Positions 1-10,798 of a stretch of DNA of 64,000 nt are shown in pieces. The stretch lies in the NCBI GenBank assembly GCA_038046005.1, contig JBBSXB010000005.1:19732-83731 (forward strand), written 5' to 3'. Below the pieces are notes generated by a model. It was not told where the DNA came from, searched no databases, and was given only the letters and a program-made list of their open reading frames with translations. A program made the translations under genes and the position numbers. Position 1 is the first letter of the stretch. Each line of letters starts with the position of its first letter. Source of the stretch: Nanobdellota archaeon. GTDB taxonomy: Archaea; Nanobdellota; Nanobdellia; Pacearchaeales; GW2011-AR1.

Positions 1-94
1 GCTTGCTAAGCAAAGTTGTTTTTCCGTGGTCAATGTGGCCTACAACTCCAACATTAATTTCTGGAATTTCATCATTTGTATTTGGTTTTGCCAT
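1..94 (-). CDS. eif2g: Translation initiation factor aIF2 gamma subunit, 5' end only (runs off window)
   Basis: Hand translation from ATG at 94: [31 protein letters not shown], which has the PE(I/V)NxGxVGHxDHGKTT signature; eS6 and aIF5B lie nearby. Confidence 0.85.
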   Translation of the reverse strand, partial: MAKPNTNDEIPEINVGVVGHIDHGKTTLLSK

Positions 95-187
95 AAAATA
101 AGACAATAGAAGAAGTTTTTAAAGGTTGTTAATGGGGTAGAATTTAAATATATCTTTTTCTTTTTATGCAATGAAAAAGAGGGGTAA

Positions 188-2770
188 ATGGATATTTTAA
201 AAGATAAGGAAATTAGCAGCGACTTGCACGCTAAGTACTCTGGGTTGGATGTTAGTGAAACGCTGAAAGATTTGAACACCTCTCTTAACGGAATTTCAGA
301 GCGAGAAGCTGAAGACAGACTCGAGAAATTTGGATTTAACGAGCCTGCGAAGAAAAAAAGATATCACATTGTGGTTAAATTTCTCATGAACTTCCTTAAT
401 CCTCTGATAATAATACTAATGGTCATAGATGTTTTATCTTTATTTTTTGGAGAAAAAATAAGCGCCATCTTCATTTCAGCGATGATTTTAATAAGTGTTT
501 CGTTAAGTTTCATACAAGAAAATGGTTCTCAAAAAGCGATAGAAAAATTAAGGAATTTAGTAAAGACAAGAATTTTAGTTACGAGATCTGGGAAGCAAAG
601 AGAGATTGACATTAAAGACGTTGTCCCTGGAGATATAGTCCATCTATATGTTGGAGATGTTGTTCCAGCAGATTTGAGAATAATATCTTCACAGAGCCTT
701 TTTGTGAACCAGTCAACATTGACTGGAGAGTCCATCCCTTCAGAAAAAATTTCTTTTGCAATTAAGCTAAACGGAAATTCCATCACTGACTTGAACAACA
801 TTGCTTTTATGGGGTCAAGCATTGTATCTGGAAGCGGTGTTGGAGTTGTTGTTTCAACAGGATTATCGACGGCTTTTGGCGAGATATCAAAAACCTTAGT
901 CAAAGACAAAGAAAAAACAAGCTTTGATATCGGCATAAAAAAATTCACGCTTCTTCTGATAAGGTTCACTATAATCCTTGTTATTGCAATATTCTTCATT
1001 AACTTTGTTTTTAAAAGCGGTACATTCAGAGAGGCCCTGCTTTTTTCTCTTGCTGTTGCTGTGGGGTTAACACCTGAAATGTTGCCGACTATTGTCACTA
1101 TAAATCTTTCAAAAGGGGCTAGGGCAATGGCACAAAAAAAAGTGATTGTCAAACATCTGGATTCAATCCAAAATTTTGGAGCCATGGATGTTTTGTGCAC
1201 AGACAAGACCGGAACTTTGACTGAGAATAAAATAACTCTTGAGAGGTATTGTGATGTTAACGGAAAAGAAAGCGAACGTGTTTTTAACTATACCTACCTA
1301 AACAGCTATCATCAAACCGGAATAAAAAATCTGATTGAAAAGGCCATATTAGACAGAAAAAAAATATCCGTTTCTCAATACAAAAAAATTGGAGAGATTC
1401 CTTATGATTATTCAAGAAAAATTATCTCAATCGCCGTAGAAGACAAGAATACAAACCGGAAAATTGTGATTTCCAAGGGGGCTCCAGAAGAGATATTCAA
1501 AAGGTGCGGCGAGTATGAAACTTCCGGAAGAGTCATGAAAATTAATGAAAGCGTCTTTGTGAAATTGAAAAAAGAATATGAAAAACTGAGCAATGAAGGA
1601 TTTATTGTTATCGCTGTTGCGTATAAAGAACTAGGGAAAGGAAAGTCTAAAATTTCTAAAGAAGATGAAAAAAATCTCGTTTTGATAGGTTACCTTGCTT
1701 TTCTTGATCCTCCGAAACATTCTGTCAGAGAAATCATAACCAGTTTAAAAAATCTGGGAATTGAAATGAAAGTACTCACTGGAGATAATGATGTGATAAC
1801 TAGAAGAATCTGCCAAGATGTTGGGTTTGAAATCAAGGGCGTTCTTACAGGAGATGAAATTGATAGGCTTAGTGAATCTGAGATTAAAGAGGCTGTCGAA
1901 AAAATAAATATTTTTACAAGACTTAGCCCTATTCAAAAAAAGAGAGTTATCGATGCGCTAAGATTGAACAAGCATGTTGTTGGGTATCTTGGAGATGGGA
2001 TGAATGATGCCCCTGCCTTGAGAGCTGCTGACGTCGGTATTTCTGTGAATAATGCTGTTGAGATTGCAAGAGAATCGGCTGATGTTATTCTGCTCGAGAA
2101 AAATCTGTTAGTTCTTAAAGAGGGAATCCTCGAGGGAAGAATGACTTTTGGCAATATTGTGAAATACTTAAAAATGGGTTCCAGCTCTAATTTTGGAAAT
2201 ATGCTTTCTTTTAGCGGTGCAGTTATTTTTGTTCCGTTTTTGCCTATGCTTCCAATACAGATTTTGTTTAATAATTTCCTTTATGATCTTTCTCAGATTT
2301 CTCTTCCTGTTGACAGGGTTGACAAGGAATATCTAACTAAACCAAGGACGTGGAATATTAAGTTCCTTGAGAAATTCATGCTTTTTATAGGGCCGCTAAG
2401 TTCTATTTTTGATTTCATAATTTTTGGAATTATGTTCTTTGTTTTTAATGCTACGACTGCGGCTAGCGCCTCTATTTTTCAAACAGGATGGTTTATCGAG
2501 TCTATGGTCACTCAGATTCTTGTGATGTTTGTTATAAGAACGAATAAAATTCCATTCTTAGAGAGCAAGCCCCATAAATTATTTGTATTAAGCTCAGTCT
2601 TGATTCTTATTGTAGCGATAGGAGCTACACTTTCATCATTTGGAAAATTCTTCGGATTTACTCCTCTTCCCTTTGTTTATTTTGTGATATTATTCCTTAT
2701 GACTATTGTCTACTTAGTATTGGTGCAAATTGTGAAATCCTGGGTCGTTAAGAAGTATGGATATCAGTGA
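188..2770 (+). CDS. mgtA: Mg2+-translocating P-type ATPase (type IIIB)
   Basis: TGES, DKTGTLT, GDGMND; MgtA-type AVGLTPEMLP, SSNFGNM, NFLYDLSQ and FQTGWFIES motifs. Confidence 0.92.
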   Translation: MDILKDKEISSDLHAKYSGLDVSETLKDLNTSLNGISEREAEDRLEKFGFNEPAKKKRYHIVVKFLMNFLNPLIIILMVIDVLSLFFGEKISAIFISAMILISVSLSFIQENGSQKAIEKLRNLVKTRILVTRSGKQREIDIKDVVPGDIVHLYVGDVVPADLRIISSQSLFVNQSTLTGESIPSEKISFAIKLNGNSITDLNNIAFMGSSIVSGSGVGVVVSTGLSTAFGEISKTLVKDKEKTSFDIGIKKFTLLLIRFTIILVIAIFFINFVFKSGTFREALLFSLAVAVGLTPEMLPTIVTINLSKGARAMAQKKVIVKHLDSIQNFGAMDVLCTDKTGTLTENKITLERYCDVNGKESERVFNYTYLNSYHQTGIKNLIEKAILDRKKISVSQYKKIGEIPYDYSRKIISIAVEDKNTNRKIVISKGAPEEIFKRCGEYETSGRVMKINESVFVKLKKEYEKLSNEGFIVIAVAYKELGKGKSKISKEDEKNLVLIGYLAFLDPPKHSVREIITSLKNLGIEMKVLTGDNDVITRRICQDVGFEIKGVLTGDEIDRLSESEIKEAVEKINIFTRLSPIQKKRVIDALRLNKHVVGYLGDGMNDAPALRAADVGISVNNAVEIARESADVILLEKNLLVLKEGILEGRMTFGNIVKYLKMGSSSNFGNMLSFSGAVIFVPFLPMLPIQILFNNFLYDLSQISLPVDRVDKEYLTKPRTWNIKFLEKFMLFIGPLSSIFDFIIFGIMFFVFNATTAASASIFQTGWFIESMVTQILVMFVIRTNKIPFLESKPHKLFVLSSVLILIVAIGATLSSFGKFFGFTPLPFVYFVILFLMTIVYLVLVQIVKSWVVKKYGYQ

Positions 2771-3400
2771 TTAGACATATCTTATCCCTAAGGAAGTGAG
2801 GTCTGGGAAATTATTTCTGAACTCTTGTGGAGAAAGGGTTAGTCTACGCATTCTTTCTTCAGCAAGTAAGGGGTAAAGATCTTCCATTTCATTTGGGTTG
2901 ATTGTTGATATGCCTCCAATTCCTATTTCCTCCTTCTTTGTTGATTTCACTAGAAAAGGATTTGCTGTTGCTCTTCCTTCTTCGTCAGATTTTTCAAAAG
3001 GGAAGTATACAATATCTCTATCTATTTTTGTGTTTTTGGGATTACTTTTGCTCCAATCTTTTCCTTTGACAAAACCTAATAGATGAAGTAATGGCTCTCT
3101 TGTTTCTTCTTTTCTTTCGCCATAGACTACAAAACCCTGGAGTTTTGCAGACCTTTTTACAAAATGTTCAACAGCTTTTTCCAGGCTTCCATAAGCTTCT
3201 TCAAGACAAATATTAAAAATATAACCTCTTGTTATAACTCCATTTGGGTTGTCTGGAAAGTTTACAACTGCTAAAATGTTTGGAGAATAAGATGTTAATC
3301 TTTCAACTCTTTTAAAATATTTTGAGATGTCTGATATTGTGTATTCTTCAACTTTTTTGATTACGTTTGCCCTATCAGCTATCTGGATTAGTTGAGGCAT
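2771..3400 (-). CDS. Hypothetical protein
   Basis: 209-aa ORF abutting the mgtA stop, with a TATA-like sequence upstream. Confidence 0.7.
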   Translation of the reverse strand: MPQLIQIADRANVIKKVEEYTISDISKYFKRVERLTSYSPNILAVVNFPDNPNGVITRGYIFNICLEEAYGSLEKAVEHFVKRSAKLQGFVVYGERKEETREPLLHLLGFVKGKDWSKSNPKNTKIDRDIVYFPFEKSDEEGRATANPFLVKSTKKEEIGIGGISTINPNEMEDLYPLLAEERMRRLTLSPQEFRNNFPDLTSLGIRYV

Positions 3401-3444
3401 TAGAAGAAAACTTAAGTCTGTTTTAAAAGAGTTATGGAGTTCAA

Positions 3445-4452
3445 TTAGTTATTTGAAACTGCTTTATTTGAATTTATTCCATTAATCTCATCTCTGAGCC
3501 ATGCAGCATGTTCATAATCTTCTTTTTCTATCGCTTTATCAAGTTCTCTTTTTAGTTTATCATCTCTGGAAAGCGCTTGAGGTTTTTCTTGTTCTGGTTT
3601 TTTCTCAACATAGGATGTTTTAGAAAGGTCTACGGATTTTGGTACAATATTTTGTGGAGAGGATATTGTTGGTTTGTTCATACCAAACGTATTCTTTTTT
3701 ACTCCAAGTACTGCATATGATCCGCTAACCCGAGCACCATGAATTTTACACTCTCGATAGAAATCTTCGAACCAAATTTGTTCTGCACAAGGACCGAGAA
3801 GTTCAAGTCTTTCGCCATGCAAATCCATTTCTTGGGGATTTATTGGCATGTTTTTTATTCCAACATCGTCTAAAAGCAACCCAAAATTTTCAGCATATTT
3901 TCCAAAAATAAAGTTGGTTATTCCATTTTCTTTGAAACTTCTTGTTGGTATGAAAATTTTTTTATTTGGAATTTGCACTGCGTTTTGTCTTGCGGATTCT
4001 ACTTCGTCAATACTTAAAGCGTAAGATTCATCTTGAGCTTCTGCCTCTATTGCTTTTCCTAAATTATCCAATATTGGCGAATTTTTTGTTATATAAAATC
4101 CATCATAAGGAACATACAAAAATGCTTCTTTCGCCCAATGTCCATGCTTGGGCAATTTGCTTGTTTTTCCTCTTTCGATCATGAACAAAGCGCTTTCTTC
4201 AAGAGAAGGAATTCTGTAGCCTAGTTTTTCTAAATAAGATTTTCCTTCGCCCAGCTGTGCATCTATGCAAAGTCCATCAAGTGTCCTTTTTCCTGAAGGG
4301 TTAAAATTTCTTGATCCGGGATAATTTGGGGTTGTCTGATATAGTATTTTCATTTTTCTGAATGTTATCTTGTTATCTCGTTCATCCTTATTCTCTCCTT
4401 GGAGTCCTGTACCTTTGCATTGCTTCAAAAGAATCCTCGTCATTACCTTCAT
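3445..4452 (-). CDS. Hypothetical protein with C-terminal UVR (UvrB/C) coiled-coil; start uncertain
   Basis: C-terminal LKRELDKAIEKEDYEHAAWLRDEI matches the UVR motif; true start may be the downstream MKILYQ. Confidence 0.7.
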   Translation of the reverse strand: MKVMTRILLKQCKGTGLQGENKDERDNKITFRKMKILYQTTPNYPGSRNFNPSGKRTLDGLCIDAQLGEGKSYLEKLGYRIPSLEESALFMIERGKTSKLPKHGHWAKEAFLYVPYDGFYITKNSPILDNLGKAIEAEAQDESYALSIDEVESARQNAVQIPNKKIFIPTRSFKENGITNFIFGKYAENFGLLLDDVGIKNMPINPQEMDLHGERLELLGPCAEQIWFEDFYRECKIHGARVSGSYAVLGVKKNTFGMNKPTISSPQNIVPKSVDLSKTSYVEKKPEQEKPQALSRDDKLKRELDKAIEKEDYEHAAWLRDEINGINSNKAVSNN

Positions 4453-4644
4453 CTAAACTTGCCAAATATAACCTGCTAGTTTGAGATTCATCGAGATCAG
4501 TTTTTCCTGGTCTTAATGAAGTTCCTTCTAAAATACAAATTTCATATGCTTCACAAAAAGTATTGTTTGTCATTTTTTCTTGAGAAATCCAGGTTTTATA
4601 AAACTTTCTATTTGTTACTACTTTTAAGAAACAGGAAAATTAAG

Positions 4645-5907
4645 CTAGGCTGCACGTTTCATTTCTTTTAATTCCTCTACAACTTTTTGTATTCTTTCTG
4701 TCCCCTCTTTTATGAGTTCTGCAGGAATCATAGAGTATGAGATTCTAGCCCAGCCTTCATATTTTTTCCCAAATCCAGAACCTGGTGCTACCAAAACCCC
4801 TTCTTTGACCAGGCTTTCTAAAAGAATTTTCTCTTTGTTTGGAACATCTGGCAGGTAGGGGTTGAAATCTACAAAAAAGTAAAATGCTCCTTTTGGTTTT
4901 TCCAAATTTGGAAAGATTGGCTTAAGTCCATCATAAGCTGCATTTCTTCTTTCGTCTAATGTCGACTTCAATGTTTCAATCCAGGCTTTTCTTTCAGCTT
5001 TCTTGTTTAATGCCTGTGAAAATGCATACTGATTTGCAGTCACAACTCCTGCGGTTTGAGTGTAATCCCCCAAAGTCATTAATTCGATTATTTTTTTATT
5101 TCTTGAAACAGTGAATCCTACTCTAAATCCAGTTGCTGCAAAAGATTTTGAAAAAGTAAAGACAGAGGCGGAATTAGGATTGCTTGTTTTCAATGTTGAA
5201 TAATGGTGTTCTCCATCAAAAACAACATCATTGTATGCTTCATCAGAAACAAGAAGAACATTGTTTTTTCTGCATAGATAGTCTATTTCTTCCACTTCTG
5301 GTCTTGTGAACACTTTTCCAGTAGGATTATGTGGGTTATTAAAATAAAACATGTCACTTTTTTTCAACACTTTTTCTAATTCTCCAGGGTCGTAATTTCC
5401 TTCTCTTAGAGGAACCATCTTGAAGTCAACTCCTGAATATGGGACCATGTTGTCAAGGACGCAACTCCAACAAGGACCAAATCCTGCTGCTCTTTTATTT
5501 CTGAACATATTGAAGAATCTTGATAAAAGATGAGGAGTTTTTTTGCCAAATAAACCGAACAATAATTCTAAACCCTGCTGTCCGCCATATGTGGCTGCTA
5601 TGTTTTCAAATGTTAATCCATGGATTTCCTGCTCTCTTGAATATTCTAAAACTGCATCTTTGAAAAATGCCTCTCCACCAGATTTAGGATAATTAGTATA
5701 ACCTAGCTTTGTTGTTCCTTCGTGTAAAGCATCTAGAACATATGATGGAGTTTTAAGATCTAAATCCCCTCTTTGAAAATAAACGAATTTTTTTCCTGTC
5801 CTTGATACAAATGCCTTTGCTGCTCCTCTGTACTCTTCGCTAGTTTTTACAATTGTGGAGAGTTCTATATTCTCAAAATTTCTGTCAAAGTTTAGAATGT
5901 GCACCAT
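4645..5907 (-). CDS. PLP-dependent aminotransferase class I/II
   Basis: NNPHNPTG, SDEAY, FSKSFAATGFRVG (PLP lysine), GAFY. Confidence 0.92.
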   Translation of the reverse strand: MVHILNFDRNFENIELSTIVKTSEEYRGAAKAFVSRTGKKFVYFQRGDLDLKTPSYVLDALHEGTTKLGYTNYPKSGGEAFFKDAVLEYSREQEIHGLTFENIAATYGGQQGLELLFGLFGKKTPHLLSRFFNMFRNKRAAGFGPCWSCVLDNMVPYSGVDFKMVPLREGNYDPGELEKVLKKSDMFYFNNPHNPTGKVFTRPEVEEIDYLCRKNNVLLVSDEAYNDVVFDGEHHYSTLKTSNPNSASVFTFSKSFAATGFRVGFTVSRNKKIIELMTLGDYTQTAGVVTANQYAFSQALNKKAERKAWIETLKSTLDERRNAAYDGLKPIFPNLEKPKGAFYFFVDFNPYLPDVPNKEKILLESLVKEGVLVAPGSGFGKKYEGWARISYSMIPAELIKEGTERIQKVVEELKEMKRAA

Positions 5908-5986
5908 GTTTTTTATTTTACCCTAAAAGTTTTGTTAATCAGTATTTTTAAACTTTGTCGGGATATAGTGTATAGTCAAGAATAAA

Positions 5987-6439
5987 TTAAGCAGCCACTT
6001 CAACTTTCTTTTTTTCTTTTGGTTGGTTTTGATCTGGGAATATTTCTTTTAGCGTTGTGTTGCCGTGCTTTGCGATTTTTAGATTTATCTGAACAATATC
6101 TGTAGAAATAATTTTTCCTCTTTGTGTTTTTCTAAGTCTTAATCCTTTAGGCCTGTTTTTTGTCCATGCTCTTTTTCCTTCGTGTTTTGGCCTTTTATTC
6201 ATTCCTTTTCCAAAAGTTAAAAGAACTCTTTTTAATCCAACACCTTCAACAGTTTCAAAGGCTGGAAATCCTGCTTTGTCGCTTGCTCCTGTTATCTGAA
6301 ACTCATAACCATCTAAAGTCGGAAGCAATTCTTTTCCCTCTATTTGTTGACCGATTTCTTTTCCAATAAGCTCCTCGCTTTCTAGCTCAAACTTGTATGT
6401 TTTTCCGTCTTTATCTGCAATGTTTATTTTGAATGGCAT
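5987..6439 (-). CDS. rps6e: 30S ribosomal protein eS6 (S6e)
   Basis: MPFKINIAD start, ITGASDKAGFP, GLRLRKTQRG, IVQINLK; start moved to the ATG at 6439. Confidence 0.93.
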   Translation of the reverse strand: MPFKINIADKDGKTYKFELESEELIGKEIGQQIEGKELLPTLDGYEFQITGASDKAGFPAFETVEGVGLKRVLLTFGKGMNKRPKHEGKRAWTKNRPKGLRLRKTQRGKIISTDIVQINLKIAKHGNTTLKEIFPDQNQPKEKKKVEVAA

Positions 6440-6476
6440 GATTATAGAATAAAAAATGAGCTTAAAAAGGTTTTGA

Positions 6477-7193
6477 TTATGATTTTGCAGTTTTCCATAA
6501 ATACTCAAAATAGCTTTTATAGGATTCATAGACTGATTTATGCTCTATGATTATTCCTATTGGGCTTTCAACCCACATAACTAATGCAACTTTTCCATCA
6601 AAAATGTAAGTAGAAACTTTGGAATTAAACTCTGATGGAATGAACTTTATTGTTGTTAGAGGTATTTTTACGGGCTTTATTTTCTCGTTTGCTACTATTC
6701 TCATTTTAATTTTCTTCTTTACTCTTTCTTTGTCCCACTTGGAGTAATCGTAAGGCAAAAAATCTTTTATTTTATATTCTGCTCCAAAATCAAGTATCTC
6801 TGTTTTTGAATTTAACATTTCACCAAATATTGTTTTAATTCCGGCTAAATTTTTGAAACTGTGGACTTCCTGCTTTTCTTTTGCGGATTTGAACATTTCT
6901 ACTAGTTCGGGAATTATGTTCTTTGTTTCTTTAATCTGATTTTCTTTTGCTTCAATTAAATCACTTATTTTTTCAGGATTAGCTGCTTCAAACAACAATT
7001 TGCTTGATTTTGTTATCTGACTAACAAGTCCCTTTTCATGCAAACCCCTCAACGCGTCATAAACAGAAACCCTATGAATCCCTGATTTTCTAGAGATTTC
7101 ATTTGCTGATGCAGAACCAATTTTTAGAAGAGTTAAGTAGCATTTTGATTCATTTGGGCTTAAGCCAATTTTTTCTAGGATTTCTATATTCAT
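6477..7193 (-). CDS. TrmB-family transcriptional regulator
   Basis: LEKIGLSPNESKCYLTLL...IHRVSVYDALRGLHEKGLV wHTH plus a C-terminal effector domain; start at MNIEIL. Confidence 0.88.
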   Translation of the reverse strand: MNIEILEKIGLSPNESKCYLTLLKIGSASANEISRKSGIHRVSVYDALRGLHEKGLVSQITKSSKLLFEAANPEKISDLIEAKENQIKETKNIIPELVEMFKSAKEKQEVHSFKNLAGIKTIFGEMLNSKTEILDFGAEYKIKDFLPYDYSKWDKERVKKKIKMRIVANEKIKPVKIPLTTIKFIPSEFNSKVSTYIFDGKVALVMWVESPIGIIIEHKSVYESYKSYFEYLWKTAKS

Positions 7194-7286
7194 ATTCCTT
7201 TTAGGATTTAGCAATTTATAATACTTTCTAGTGTTGTAATCCCCCTTACTACAATTGTTTATATAACCATACATCGACGCCATTTT

Positions 7287-8216
7287 ATGGTAGACACAAT
7301 TAATAGGAGGCAAATTGAAAAAACAAAAAGTTTAGCTGAAGCCGTAAAACTTGTATATGGAATTAACTTAAAAGGAAGATTGTGTGTTTTGGATAATGAA
7401 GCTATGGTGGGAGAAGTTGCAGACTCTTATAATGAATTAGGATTAAATGCTAGGAGAGAAACTTATAGAAAACTTGCTCAAGATTTTAAATTTAGAACAG
7501 ATTATTTTGAAGGAAAGGGAATTCATAAACATATACTTGATGTTGGTTGTGGTTCTGGATTACTTTCTTACGAAATTGCTGAGCAAACTGATGCCTTTGT
7601 TGTTGGATTAGATGTATCTCAAGAAATGATTGAGTTGGCTAACAAGAATAAAGAAAAAATATCTGAGGAAAAAGTGAAAAAAATAATTAGCGACTACGAA
7701 GGAGAGTATAATTTATCCAAATCTCTTCCAGCTTCTTGTGACCCTATGCCTGAAATAGTTGATGTTGGATATAATCCTTCTAGAAGAACAACATTTGTTC
7801 AAGGAAGTGTCTATGATTTAAGCGAACTTGTTGGAAAAAATCAACATATAGATTATATTGTTTGTAGAAATGTGTTACACAGATTCCAAAATTCTGAAGA
7901 GGCAATAAGACAAATGTTTTATGTATTGGGAAATCAGGGAAAACTTTACATCAGAGATTTAAGAAGAGATACTGATTGGAAAACGGTTGTAGAGAGAATT
8001 GGTGACGAAAGGTGGAAACATCCAGAACTAGTAATAGATTATATTGGGGCTATGGCTGCAATGTTCACTTCAGAGGAATTGTCTAATATGTTAAATAAAA
8101 TAGGGGTCAATAAGTTTGAAATTAGTGATGGAAGTTATAGAACTAGCGGACCAAATAACCTTAGATTTAAAGAATTTGAAAAAGAAACTGAATATGTTTG
8201 TGTTATTGAAAAATAA
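7287..8216 (+). CDS. Class I SAM-dependent methyltransferase
   Basis: ILDVGCGSG motif I, GLDVSQEMI, NVLH, DLRRD. Confidence 0.85.
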   Translation: MVDTINRRQIEKTKSLAEAVKLVYGINLKGRLCVLDNEAMVGEVADSYNELGLNARRETYRKLAQDFKFRTDYFEGKGIHKHILDVGCGSGLLSYEIAEQTDAFVVGLDVSQEMIELANKNKEKISEEKVKKIISDYEGEYNLSKSLPASCDPMPEIVDVGYNPSRRTTFVQGSVYDLSELVGKNQHIDYIVCRNVLHRFQNSEEAIRQMFYVLGNQGKLYIRDLRRDTDWKTVVERIGDERWKHPELVIDYIGAMAAMFTSEELSNMLNKIGVNKFEISDGSYRTSGPNNLRFKEFEKETEYVCVIEK

Positions 8217-9956
8217 CTACCCGCCCCAATCTGCTCTTTGTTTTTTCTTTAACTCTTGTAACTCTTGGAGTAGTCTTATCTCGTTTGATGATAAAAGATC
8301 TTTGTTTTTCTTGAAAGTCTTGAATTGGGGTTCGTTTAGGTCTGAATAAAGAAAATCCTTATCTTTTAGCTCTCTTTCAAAGTTTGCTCCAGGAATTGAT
8401 ATTGCAACTTCCATACCTTCTGTTGCTTCTTGCACTGATTTGTTTTCAGACTGAATTGCTTTTACACGTCCGACTTTTTCATTTTCTTTGTTAATAAGAG
8501 GTAGATTTGAAATTAATTTTCCAACTTCAATTTTTACTCCAAAAATTGCTGGTTTTGTATTCCTAAAAACAAATTGTGGTAAAATTCTTAGTTTGCACAA
8601 TGTTGCTAATGCCATTAGTCTTCTTTTTTCAATCTCATTTGCTTTTTCCTGCCTAAACTCCACTGTTTTTTCTATTAATTTATATATTACTTTTTCAGTC
8701 AGGACTTTTATTTTCCCTTGGATTTCTTTTGCTTCGCTGCCAATCTCAACATTAAATCCTACAATCAACGAGTCTAACTCGTTTATCTCTAGATTTGCCT
8801 TTGCAGAAACTATATCTGTTTTGTTTATCTCTCCAATTCCCGCTTTTAATACTGGAATATTATTCTGGCTTAGTAAAGTCAAGAGTGCTTCCAAACTTCC
8901 AAGCGAATCAGCTTTGGCAATTATTCCCTCTTTACTTGTTTTTATATTTTCAGAAATTTCTTTTTTGAATATTTTTTTTACCTCTTCTTCATTTCCCTTA
9001 AAAATCATGAACGGCATTCCCGGAAGAGCGTCAAATTTTTCTGTCAGCTGCATTCTAAATCCTGTTGATGCGGTTATTTTTTCTTTTGGTTTGAATCTGG
9101 CACTTAATGGCTCTATTTCTTCCAAGACTCTTATTTTTGTTATTGTTGGATTGCCTTCTATATTTGCGACTGCTATCTCATCATTTTTTGAAAGTTCACC
9201 GTCGTAAAGAATTGCTTCAGCGTAGCTTCCTGATTTTTCTTTTTTTACCTCAAGTATAACCCCTCTTGCTTCTTTCCCAAGTTTTAGTTTTTCAGAAAGA
9301 TATTTTTGGCTTAGGCCGCAGAGCATCATTATCAATTCCTGAATCCCTTCTTTTGTCCTTGCTGAACAAGGGATTATCGCTACTTTTTTTGTGAAGTCTG
9401 TTATCTTGTCATAAAGGTCTGCTTCCAACCCATAGCTGCTTAATGCACCTACTAAAGTGTAAAATTTTTCATCGAAGTTTAGTTTTGTTGACTGTGGTTG
9501 AAGTTCTAAATTTTTTTCAAAGTCTTTGTTGTTTATTTTCCAGCCTTGAATTTTGTCAATTTTGTTTAAAGCGATTAAGAAAGGAACTTTGTTGTGCTTT
9601 AGGATTTGAATTACTTCTGAAGTCTGAGGTTTGATTCCTTCGTTTATATCTATGACAAGAATTGCTATATCTGCCAACGCTCCGCCTCTTTTTCTTAGGT
9701 TTGTGAAGGCAGCGTGGCCGGGTGTGTCGATAAATAAAAATCCTGGAATCTGCAATTTTATGCCTCTTTCTTCTATAAGCGGACAGGATTTTTTAAGCTG
9801 GCTGGAAGGATATAATGTGAAAGAAATTTTTTGTGTTATTCCTCCCGCCTCTAAATCTTGAACAGAGCTTTCTCTAAGACAATCCAAAATGCTTGTTTTT
9901 CCGTGGTCTACATGGCCGACTACTGTGATAATTGGCTGCCGTATTTTTGCTTCCAT
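8217..9956 (-). CDS. infB: Translation initiation factor aIF5B (IF-2)
   Basis: IRQPIITVVGHVDHGKT, EAGGITQ, DTPGH, NKID, DSLGSLEAL. Confidence 0.96.
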   Translation of the reverse strand: MEAKIRQPIITVVGHVDHGKTSILDCLRESSVQDLEAGGITQKISFTLYPSSQLKKSCPLIEERGIKLQIPGFLFIDTPGHAAFTNLRKRGGALADIAILVIDINEGIKPQTSEVIQILKHNKVPFLIALNKIDKIQGWKINNKDFEKNLELQPQSTKLNFDEKFYTLVGALSSYGLEADLYDKITDFTKKVAIIPCSARTKEGIQELIMMLCGLSQKYLSEKLKLGKEARGVILEVKKEKSGSYAEAILYDGELSKNDEIAVANIEGNPTITKIRVLEEIEPLSARFKPKEKITASTGFRMQLTEKFDALPGMPFMIFKGNEEEVKKIFKKEISENIKTSKEGIIAKADSLGSLEALLTLLSQNNIPVLKAGIGEINKTDIVSAKANLEINELDSLIVGFNVEIGSEAKEIQGKIKVLTEKVIYKLIEKTVEFRQEKANEIEKRRLMALATLCKLRILPQFVFRNTKPAIFGVKIEVGKLISNLPLINKENEKVGRVKAIQSENKSVQEATEGMEVAISIPGANFERELKDKDFLYSDLNEPQFKTFKKNKDLLSSNEIRLLQELQELKKKQRADWGG

Positions 9957-10037
9957 GTCTATTCTAGAAATGGTTGATTTTTAAAACTTGGGAAACGATT
10001 AGGGTTTATTGCAATAATCTTTAAATATAGAGATTTC

Positions 10038-10426
10038 ATGATAATATCCTGCATCAGTGTAGGAGAAATCCGAACAACGAGGCGTAGGGTTTTAACATTA
10101 ACTAGAGTCTTCGAACGCCTACAATCTTACGAAGAGACTGACATCGGAGCATTTTGTGTTTTTCAAAACCACAAACTATTTATTCTTGTAGTCCTTGTTA
10201 TACTATGGGGCAAGACATACAAAGCAAGATTGATGAAGAAACTCTTCGTGAGCTGAAAGAGAAATTAGTTCTCTTTGGGGGTGTTGGGGATCATATTATT
10301 TTTTCTTATTTTAGCCAGAAAGATGCTATTCAAACTGTTCAAGAACTTAATGCTGAAGTAGGTTACATCAGGACCATTTACGTCAAAATCCAAAATTTTA
10401 TTGAGGAGAAAAAGAGGGCTTGTTAA
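10038..10426 (+). pseudogene. Probable single hypothetical gene split by a frameshift
   Basis: Overlapping ORFs 10038-10256 and 10154-10426 behind one TATA box (TTTAAATA near 10020); no family recognised. Confidence 0.3.
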
Positions 10427-10427
10427 T

Positions 10428-10763
10428 TCAACACCTAGTTATATTTCTTAAAATTTCAATGCTTTGAACTCCTTCATATTTTTGTCCGTTTACCAACCAA
10501 GTAGGTGTTCCTTGGATATCAGCACATTTATCCCTTTCATAGAAACAATCGATTTTGTTTAGATAGACAGAGTTATTTCCAAACATATCCTCTTGTACTT
10601 TACAGTGAGAGCATCCAAGCTGGACGTACAAAATAGAATTCTCTCCTATACACTTTGCAACCTCTTCTGTTGTTACGGGAGTTGAAGGTCTTGTCATTAT
10701 GAATATTCCAAATCCGACAACCACAAGAATTCCTGCGAGAGCTATCCAGTGTATTTCTTTCAT
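10428..10763 (-). CDS. Membrane-anchored thioredoxin-fold protein
   Basis: N-terminal TM, CSHC motif, GTPTW cis-Pro loop; start at MKEIHW. Confidence 0.85.
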   Translation of the reverse strand: MKEIHWIALAGILVVVGFGIFIMTRPSTPVTTEEVAKCIGENSILYVQLGCSHCKVQEDMFGNNSVYLNKIDCFYERDKCADIQGTPTWLVNGQKYEGVQSIEILRNITRC

Positions 10764-10798
10764 AATATTATAAACTAAGAGATTTTTTAAAAGTTTTC

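Noticed and set aside
529-9861. Long antisense ORFs (529-1206, 8488-9207 and similar ones throughout the window)
   Set aside because: They are shadows of well-supported genes and have no motifs.
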